This document shows, in pieces, positions 29,466 to 37,400 of a stretch of DNA of 64,000 nt (position 1 is the first letter of the stretch; each line of letters starts with the position of its first letter). The notes beneath the pieces were generated by a model. It was given only the letters and a program-made list of their open reading frames with translations, did no database searches and was not told the DNA's origin. Source of the DNA: a virus; IMG/VR virus record IMGVR_UViG_3300036790_000396, positions 64,001 to 128,000 of that record, one strand, 5' to 3'. A program made the translations under genes and the position numbers.

Positions 29466-32400
29466 AGGTCAGGTTCTCGCCGACGGCGGCGCTCCAGCGC
29501 GACCAGGCGGTCGCCCAGGGCATGAGCCGGATGCTCGCCCGCGGCGCGGAAGGCGCCCGCGATGACATGACCCCCGAGGTCGCCGAGGCCCGCATCAACC
29601 GGCGGGCATCGCTGCGCCGGACCGGCAGCTACGGCGGGGGAGGAGGCGGCGGAGCCTCTGGAGGCTTCTCGGACATTCAGTTCGCAACCGGGAGGCCCAG
29701 GGATCCTCTCTTCTACTGGAGGCAGAACAACCTCCCGTACGACTTCAGCCAGAACGAGGAGCTGGCGAAAGTCCGTGCCTTCTGCCGGCTGCTGTACCAG
29801 ACCGACCCGATTGTCGGGTCCTGCATCGACATCTTCACGAAGTTCCCCACGATCGGGATGAACCTGGAGTGCCTCGGGCGTGACACGGGAGTCCTGACGC
29901 GCCAGGGCATGCGTCCTATCGGCGAGCTAGCCGGATCTGCCCAGGAGATCCTGACCGTCGGCGGCAAGTGGGCTACGGCGAAGTTCGAGAATTACGGCAG
30001 CAGGCGCCTTTACAAGATCACCCTGCGCCGTAACCGTCGTGAGAAGACGATTTACGCCACAGAAAATCACCGCTGGTTCCGCTGGAATGCGGACAAGGAA
30101 GCAAGGCGCTACGAGGGATCTTTCAATCCTGCTTCTAAGGTTTCGTGGGAGGATGTTCGAGAAATAAGGCTTAAATACGCTGAAGGCGATATTACTCAGA
30201 AGGACCTGGCTTCAGAGTACGGGATAACTCAGCCGGCGATCGGCCAGATAATCAGGCATGGCACCTGGAAGAATCCTCCCGCTGAGAAAAAGGAGCAGGC
30301 AACTAGAGCCTTTCCGGTGAAGGAAGAGGCAGTCACCGCTGACCTCATGCCGGGAGACCGGCTTGTCAGCGGGTGGTCGAAGAACCTCATCCATTCGACG
30401 TTTCCTTCTCCTTTTGGGATCGCGCATGGCATGACGTACGGAGACGGTTCTCTGGAGACATCCGGAGGCGGCTCCTACATCACGCTGTACGGGGTGAAGG
30501 ATCTCCAGATGCTGCCGTATTTCAACGGCTGCCATGTGACGGATCCTCCCTCTGAAGCTCGCCGGAACGGAAGGCGCGTCAGCGGCCTTCCGTCTTCGTT
30601 CAGGCAGCGCCCGACCTTGGACGAAGGGACTTCCTACCTGTACGGCTGGCTGGCTGGCTACTTTGCGGCAGACGGCACCGTGTCCAGTGGCGGAGAGTGC
30701 TACCTAGATACTGCTTTTGAAGACAATGCCAGGTTCATTCAGCATCTCTGCACAGTCTTGGGAATCAAGACCTATGACTATTACGCGTACACGGTGCCCT
30801 TTGTTCAGACGCCTCAGGGAGCTGTCTACGAAAATCACGAATCATACCGCGTGCCCATCGATTCTGCGTCTCTTACGAAGGATTTCTTCTGCATCAGCGA
30901 GCATCGTGCGCGATGGGAAGGGCGCAAGGAACGTCAGCGACGAGAAGAATGGACTGTCATAGGAGTAGAGCGTACAGACCAGGTCGAAGAGGTTTTCTGC
31001 GCTAAGGTTCCCGAAACGGAATCTTTTGTCATCGAGGGAAATATCCTCACCGGAAACTGCAAGGACAGCCGGCTGGAGGATTTCCACGGCGGCCTGTTCT
31101 TCGACGAGGACCATCTCGACTACGAGGAGTTCCTCGTCGACATCGGCCGCGAGTACTGGACTTCCGGGGAGGCGTGGCCGTTCGCCACGTTCAACGAGGA
31201 TCTCGGCATCTGGGATGACGAGGAGCTGCTCAACCCCGACGACGTCAAGGTCGAGCGCAGCCCGTTCCTGAAGGAGCCCCGCTACTTCATCCGGCTCCCG
31301 TGGACCATCCGGCAGATCCTGCAGACGCGCCAGCCCCAGTACGAGTACTCCCGCCTCGTGCAGGAGTACCCCGAGCTGACCGCCTACACGGCGGAGAACA
31401 CGTTCATGCCCGTGTCGAACGTGCTGCTGCGCCAGCTGAAGTTCCGCGGCGACACGTTCAACGTCCGCGGCCTCCCGCTGCTGACCCGCGCCATGCGCGC
31501 GATGCTGCAGAAGGAGATGCTCAACACCGCGCTGGACTCGATCGCGGACCGGCTCTACACGCCGCTGATCCTGTGCAAGCTCGGCGCCTCCGCCACCGAC
31601 CTCGGGACCAGCCAGCCGTGGATCCCCACCGAGGACGACATGGAGAACTTCGAGCTGGCCCTCGACGCCGCCCTCGCCGGGGACTTCCGTGCCCTGATCT
31701 ACAACTTCGCCGTCGACATGGCGCCCGTCCTGGGCCGCGAGCAGATGCCCGACCTCACCCCTGACTTCGAGCGGATCGAGGACACGGTGCTGCAGGTCTT
31801 CGGGCTGTCCCGCACGCTGCTCACCGGTGCCGGGGCCGGGCAGACCTACGCCGCCGACGCGCTGAACAAGGATCTCGTCACCCAGCTGATGAGCCGGTAC
31901 CAGAAGTTCCTTGCCCGCCACTTCCGGCAGCGCGCCCAGGTCGTCGCCGAGGCCCAGGAGCACTACGACTACCGCGAGCACGGCGGCAAGAGGTACGTCA
32001 TCATGGAGGAAGTCCTCGAAACCGACGAGGAGACCGGCGAGAAGCGCCTCGTCGAGCAGCCCAAGCTGCTGGTGCCCGAGCTGAAGTTCAAGGTGCTGAA
32101 CCTGTCGGACGAGGACGCCCGGCGCCAGTTCATCGAGGCGCTGCGCTCCGGCGGCGTCCCCGTCTCCCAGCGCACCCGCACCCGCGGCCTCGACGTCGAC
32201 CTGCAGGAGGAAGAGGAAGTCTCCTCCGACGAGGCCGTCCGCCAGGCGGTCAAGGAGCAGGAAACCCGCAGGCAGACGTTCATCGCGCTGCGAGACGGCG
32301 GCCTGCCCATCCCGGAGGATCTCGCGACGGACTTCAGCCCGCACGCCCAGGTCCAGGGGATGCCCGCGATGCCCGGCGCACCGGGGATGCCGCTCCCGCG

Positions 32401-32842
32401 CCTGGGCAGCGAGCCGCAGCCGCTGATGGCCCTCGCCCCCGTCCCGCAGGACCAGGAGGAGGAGCAGGCCGCGCAGGAGGACGAGATGAACGCGCCGCCC
32501 GAGGACTCCGGGGGAGAGTTCCCGCCCGCAGGGGAGGAGAGCGCGGTGCCGCCCGAGTCGGGCGAGCAGCGCAAGGGGATGCCCAGCCAGGCTGCCCTGT
32601 TCCGGCGTACCGCCTCGTCCCGCGACCGCGCGCTGGCCCGCCGCCGGGAGCGCAGCGAGCGGCTGGCCGCGGAGGCCGCCGTCCCCGAGGAGCATGCCGG
32701 GGGCCCGGACAGCACCTGGCACTCGTACGGCACCCCCGAGCCGTACCGGACGCCCGCGGTGGTGGGATCGCGGTGGTCGCGCCCGGCCGGGTCGGGCGAG
32801 AAGCCGGAAGCCGATGAGATGGAGTACTTGACACCAGGCTGA
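29462..32842 (+). CDS. Portal protein (cluster C-like) with intein
   Basis: LLYQTDPIVGSCIDIFTKFP...GLPLL.RA...ADRLYTPL recalled as cluster C-type portal; position in the head module. Confidence 0.8.
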   Translation: MKVRFSPTAALQRDQAVAQGMSRMLARGAEGARDDMTPEVAEARINRRASLRRTGSYGGGGGGGASGGFSDIQFATGRPRDPLFYWRQNNLPYDFSQNEELAKVRAFCRLLYQTDPIVGSCIDIFTKFPTIGMNLECLGRDTGVLTRQGMRPIGELAGSAQEILTVGGKWATAKFENYGSRRLYKITLRRNRREKTIYATENHRWFRWNADKEARRYEGSFNPASKVSWEDVREIRLKYAEGDITQKDLASEYGITQPAIGQIIRHGTWKNPPAEKKEQATRAFPVKEEAVTADLMPGDRLVSGWSKNLIHSTFPSPFGIAHGMTYGDGSLETSGGGSYITLYGVKDLQMLPYFNGCHVTDPPSEARRNGRRVSGLPSSFRQRPTLDEGTSYLYGWLAGYFAADGTVSSGGECYLDTAFEDNARFIQHLCTVLGIKTYDYYAYTVPFVQTPQGAVYENHESYRVPIDSASLTKDFFCISEHRARWEGRKERQRREEWTVIGVERTDQVEEVFCAKVPETESFVIEGNILTGNCKDSRLEDFHGGLFFDEDHLDYEEFLVDIGREYWTSGEAWPFATFNEDLGIWDDEELLNPDDVKVERSPFLKEPRYFIRLPWTIRQILQTRQPQYEYSRLVQEYPELTAYTAENTFMPVSNVLLRQLKFRGDTFNVRGLPLLTRAMRAMLQKEMLNTALDSIADRLYTPLILCKLGASATDLGTSQPWIPTEDDMENFELALDAALAGDFRALIYNFAVDMAPVLGREQMPDLTPDFERIEDTVLQVFGLSRTLLTGAGAGQTYAADALNKDLVTQLMSRYQKFLARHFRQRAQVVAEAQEHYDYREHGGKRYVIMEEVLETDEETGEKRLVEQPKLLVPELKFKVLNLSDEDARRQFIEALRSGGVPVSQRTRTRGLDVDLQEEEEVSSDEAVRQAVKEQETRRQTFIALRDGGLPIPEDLATDFSPHAQVQGMPAMPGAPGMPLPRLGSEPQPLMALAPVPQDQEEEQAAQEDEMNAPPEDSGGEFPPAGEESAVPPESGEQRKGMPSQAALFRRTASSRDRALARRRERSERLAAEAAVPEEHAGGPDSTWHSYGTPEPYRTPAVVGSRWSRPAGSGEKPEADEMEYLTPG
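29870..31057 (+). mobile_element. Intein (396 aa) with LAGLIDADG endonuclease and an inserted HTH
   Basis: Starts CLGRDT; ATENHRW; GMTYGDG and WLAGYFAADG; ends ILTGN|C; lower GC than the flanks. Confidence 0.92.
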
Positions 32843-32855
32843 TTACCAATAATAT
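32828..32855 (+). promoter_or_regulatory. Sigma70-like promoter for the RNA cluster
   Basis: TTGACA-N16-TAATAT. Confidence 0.6.
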
Positions 32856-32859
32856 TAGT

Positions 32860-33017
32860 GACGCGGCTCCTGGCACGTGATTCGCACTCCGGCATTCACC
32901 GGATGGAGAGGACTGCGAATCCTCTCGCGCGTGCTTCGCTAAGTCCCGGGAGCGGGCAGGCGGCTGCCGCCGACCTAGTCGGAGAGGCATCTCCGGCAAG
33001 GCGGCAGCCGCCGTCAC
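32860..33017 (+). ncRNA. Unknown highly structured two-domain RNA
   Basis: Nested stems 32866-73/32946-53, 32873-79/32928-34 and 32879-86/32914-21; perfect 13-bp stem 32959-71/33000-12 enclosing two hairpins; no coding ORF. Confidence 0.55.
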
Positions 33018-33018
33018 G

Positions 33019-33101
33019 GGGCACGTAGCTCAATAGCAGAGCCGGCCGGCGCCGTTAAACAACAGAGGCCAGAGATGCAGGTGCAAATCCTGCCGTGCCC
33101 C
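33019..33101 (+). tRNA. tRNA-like element with expanded (about 19-nt) anticodon loop containing GTT
   Basis: Acceptor GGGCACG/CGTGCCC; TAGCTC..GAGC D arm; GCAGG-TGCAAAT-CCTGC T arm; no CCA. Confidence 0.6.
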
Positions 33102-33117
33102 CTCGTACGCTGGGACC

Positions 33118-33195
33118 GGGCGGGTAGCTCAGGTGGCAGAGCGCGCGCTGGCGTCCCCGGCGCGGACAGTGCCGGTTCGAGTCCGGCCCCGCCCT
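33118..33195 (+). tRNA. tRNA-like element with elongated anticodon stem (central GTC, no U33)
   Basis: Acceptor GGGCGGG/CCCGCCC; D arm GCTC/GAGC; GCCGG-TTCGAGT-CCGGC T arm; no CCA. Confidence 0.65.
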
Positions 33196-33231
33196 GGGGC
33201 CATCCCTCGGAAGAAACGAGAGGGAGGCCCC

Positions 33232-34422
33232 GTGGAACGACGCATCACCCGGCACGCCGCCAGGCTGGCCGCGCAGGACACCGGACCGGACGCTGACTTC
33301 CGGCAGGGCCAGCGCGTGCGCACCGCTGACGGCATCGCCGGCACCGTGGCCGCTGTCGAGCCCGGCTTCTCGCCCGGCTCCGAGACCTACTCCGTGACCC
33401 TCGACGGCGGCATGGGCGGGGGCTCTTACAGTCCCGGCCAGCTCCGCGCGGTGGCCGCGATCGACGAGGTGACCGCCGATATCGACGGCAAGCTCGCCTC
33501 CGACTCCTACCCCGAGATGGGCACCATCCTGCACGACCGCCCCGACCCCGGCCGCGAGATCACCGTCATCGGCATGCGCAAGCAGGCCGCTTCCCAGTTT
33601 CACCAGCAGATGGACCCGTTCCTGTACCGCGGCCTCAATGTCGAGCTGCCGCCGGACGTGCACGCGAAGGTTCACGACTCGTCTCGCCCTGAGCATGAGC
33701 GCGGATTCCATCTCGCCCGCTACCTCCTCACGCACCCGCACCCGTTCGGGGGAGAAGCCGGAGAAGGGCTGGGCCGGGACTGGTACTACGACTCGCACAA
33801 GGCGTCCGAGGCGGCCGAGCAGAGAATGCCCTGGTCCCGGAACCTCAGCAGCGGGCGCGACCCGAAGCGCACTCCCGTCGTCGTCAAGGCGTACAACCCC
33901 GAACTGGAGCATCTCCTCAAGCCGGAGGAAATGGCTTCCTACACGCGGTCCCGGAACTGGTCTGATGTCATGATGCCCGAGCACGGCAAAACCGAGGTGC
34001 GCCGCGCCGGATCACCGGTTGAGATCCATTCCCTGTGGTGGAACCACCCGGAGCACCTCGACCCGGGATCCCTGCATTACGGGGAAGAGGGCGAGCTGCA
34101 GTTCCCGGAGCCGATCCGGGTGAAGGCCGGCCTGTCGCGCAGCGCCGCCGACCAGGGCGAGATGGAGCGCCACCTGACGCTGCCCGCCGGCAACGGCGGC
34201 CACGGCATGCCCCCGGAGATAATGCGCGCCTTCCGCAGCGGCGGCCGGGGCCTGGAAGACGTGCACTCGCAGATCCACGCGAAGCACGACTTCGGCGAGC
34301 ACGAACTCAGCCACCATCACGGCGGTCCCTCCGCCTGGGAGTACGGCGCCGACGCCGCGGGCACCCACGCGTTCACCGGCTCGCGCCGCTGGATTCCCGC
34401 CGACCCCCGCTGGGAGGCATGA
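33232..34422 (+). CDS. Modular head protein: SH3-like N-terminus, ART-like module, His-rich module
   Basis: GAGGGAGG RBS; GQRVRT.DG..G.V...Y.VTLDGGMGGG.Y; LYRGLNVELP module. Confidence 0.7.
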   Translation: MERRITRHAARLAAQDTGPDADFRQGQRVRTADGIAGTVAAVEPGFSPGSETYSVTLDGGMGGGSYSPGQLRAVAAIDEVTADIDGKLASDSYPEMGTILHDRPDPGREITVIGMRKQAASQFHQQMDPFLYRGLNVELPPDVHAKVHDSSRPEHERGFHLARYLLTHPHPFGGEAGEGLGRDWYYDSHKASEAAEQRMPWSRNLSSGRDPKRTPVVVKAYNPELEHLLKPEEMASYTRSRNWSDVMMPEHGKTEVRRAGSPVEIHSLWWNHPEHLDPGSLHYGEEGELQFPEPIRVKAGLSRSAADQGEMERHLTLPAGNGGHGMPPEIMRAFRSGGRGLEDVHSQIHAKHDFGEHELSHHHGGPSAWEYGADAAGTHAFTGSRRWIPADPRWEA

Positions 34423-37400
34423 TGGCCTGGTACGACGAGCCCGGCCATGCTCCTGTCGGCGACGAGCTGCACCGCGGCATCGGGATCTACCTCCCGCAGG
34501 ATCTCCACGACTACGTCCACGACGAGTCGGTCCCGCCGGACAGGCGCGCTCACGCGCTGCTGGACCGCATCGGGCACACTCCCGGCTGGGCCTGGTCCGA
34601 CGACCCGGTGTCCGCCAAGCGCTACGCCGAGCTGAACGAGCCCCCCGTATGGCATGAGGGCGAGTCCGGCGAGGTTACCCCGGTGATGCTGCACGCCCGC
34701 ACCCCGGGGCGCGAGCACTGGCTGTCCGGCCCGCATGCCCTGCGCGCCCGCGAGCTGGCCGGCGGCTACGACGACGAGCGCCCGCGCCCTGATCCCGCGC
34801 AGCGGGAAGTGCAGCTGGAGGCGGGTGCCCCGCTCGACGTCACCGGCATCTCCTGGGCGCGCCCGGACCACGTCGGCCCGTGGGGCATCCATGCGGGCGA
34901 GCAGTCCCCCGCGCAGGACCCCGGCTGGACGGCGCACCGGTTCCCGCGCCGCATCCAGCTGACTGCCGCTGTTCTCCCCGCGAAGACGGCTGCCGCCAGC
35001 CGGGACGACTTGCAGGACAAGAGCAAGGTCTACCTGAGGTTCGGGCACTGGCCGGAGAACGAGCGCTCTTTCAGCGGCGCGGGCGGCTATCACGAGGACG
35101 GCGTGAGCGCCTACGAGCTGGACGGGGACGGTGACCCGAAGGACCCGGATCCCGATTATGAGCGCGGTCACGTCCACGAGGGATGCGATCCTGACTGCGA
35201 CATGGACCTGGACGACCCGGACAACGACACGGGCGAGGAGATGGAAGGCCGCGTCCGCCGCGCCCAGCGCAACCGGGAGAACGGCAGTGACGTCCGGGGC
35301 GAGACCGGGCACCTCGTGAGGGGAGACGTCGCCGGCCTCGGCTACGACGCTGAGCCGCTGCTGACGAACGTGCGCCGCGTCGGCGACTGGATCGACCACC
35401 GGCACCTGTTCGTCCCGGGTGCCCGGCCGCACCGTCTTGCCCGCGATCCCTCCAGCGGGGACTACGAGCCCCCGGCGGAGCAGCCGCCGCTGCGTCACGA
35501 GGGAGCCGCTTTCCCTCATTCCCAGCTGAAGCTGTTTCACATGCAGCCCGATCCGGGCCTGAATGTCCCGGAGTCCGGCCGCCACAACCCTGAGGATCCC
35601 GGTGCCCACTCCCGCTGGCGCGAGGAGACCGACCCGGACTACGAGGCACCGCGCTGCCAGAACTGCGGCGGCAACCTGCATGACCCGGAAGGCCACGCTG
35701 AAGACCACCAGAACTGGCTCGGGGAACAGGACTGGCATACCGACTGGAACGAGGAGCAGCCAGGTCCCGTCCTGCACCGCGGCCTCGTCATGGAACTGCC
35801 GCCGGAACTGCACAACCGCGTCCACGACGAGTCCGTCCCCGCCGCCGACCGTGCCCGCGCACTGGTCCGCCATGTCATCCGCGACCAGGGGGACGGAAGC
35901 CCGCACGGGGGCCTGGGCAATTTCTGGTCCGATGATCCCGACGTCTCCAAGAGCTACGCGGAAGGCCGCGGCGGCTCCCGGTCCGAGACGCCGGTCATGC
36001 TGCACGTGAAGACGCCGCCGATGGAGCACGTCGAGACCGACCCGGATCAGCTGGAGCACTGGGGCGTATTCAGTTACCACCTGAACGGCAACCGCGAGGT
36101 CCCCCTCCAGCATCAGGCCCCGCTGGAGATCACCGGCGTCTCCTGGGCGCACCCGGGCCATGCCGTGACCAGGGGCCCCTCTCCCCATGATGCTGCCGCC
36201 TGGCATGAGCCGGGCCCGCATCACTTCGGGCAGGATCCCGCCTGGACGCATCACGAGTTCGGCGACGGCATACGCGCGCACGCAGCCAGCGAGAAGACGT
36301 GGACGGGTGATCCTGCCCCTGACTGGGAACGCGCTTTCAGGGAGAAGGACCCGCGCCTGACGGAGATGCACCGCGGCATCCGGGTGTATCCCTCCGACGA
36401 TGTCTACCGGCACGTCACCGATACGAGCATCCCCGGCGCTGACCGGGCACATGTCCTGCTGCGGCATATCGGCGAGCAGATGCGCGAGCAGCCCGGGCAC
36501 GGAATCGGCATTTCCTGGACCGATAATCCCGATCACGCGATGCGCGTGGCGCGCGACGGCGGCTGGGCCGAGGACGCAGCGCGTTCCTGGCGCTGGCCGC
36601 ACCCGGATGACCGGGGCGACCACCTGGGCGTCGTGCTCAATGCGAAGTGGCCCGAGAAAGGGCACATCGAGACTGACCAGCGGGTACTGAACAGGCATCT
36701 TGTCGTTCCCTATGACTCGCCGGCCACTGAAGGAGAGATTCCTCTCCGCAAGGGCGCTCCCGCCACGATCACGGGGCTCACATGGTCCCAGCCCCTTCCC
36801 GGATGGGGACACCAGTATGCTGTCCACTCCGGTACCTTCGGCCGTCCTGTCCGCTACAACGGCACGGACTTCGAGTTTCCCGGCCAGGACCGCATCGCCG
36901 CCTATCAGGGCGAGACTGACCCGCGCGAGAGCGAGTTCAACGGCGACCCCCAGGTCGCCGGCGTCTACTGGACCGCCCCGGCCCAGCAGTCCGCGGTGCA
37001 GGACGGGCAGCTGGACGATCCGCAGGTGCTGGCTCCCGTGCTGCCGGTCCCTCCGATGCTGCCGATGACCCCGGTCGCCACGCGGATCTACGACCAGAAG
37101 ATCGACGATCACGGGGATGCCCCCGACCACGGGACGCGGCCCCGCGCCTCCGACCCCGAGGGCTACGACCGTGACTCCACCGAGGGCAACGGCGACCCGA
37201 AGTGGTCGGACGCGAGCGAGCAGACCAAGCGCGACCAGAACGGCGCCGCGATTGCCATGTACCCCGAGGGCGTCTCCGCCGGCGGGGGCCCGGGGATCTC
37301 GGTGGGCCCGTTCACCGCGGCCCGGCTGCGGTACTCCGCCTGCGGTACCGCCCCCGAGGGCGGCGAGGTGACTGCGGCCCGTGTCCCGTGGACCGATCAT

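Noticed and set aside
32860-33101. tmRNA, Y RNA or self-cleaving ribozyme
   Set aside because: No tag ORF or tmRNA termini, the tRNA arms are not permuted as in YrlA, and I see no hammerhead, HDV or twister core by eye.
33019-33195. Canonical tRNA-Asn(GTT) and tRNA-Asp(GTC)
   Set aside because: Anticodon arms are non-canonical (loop size, missing U33), so identity cannot be assigned.
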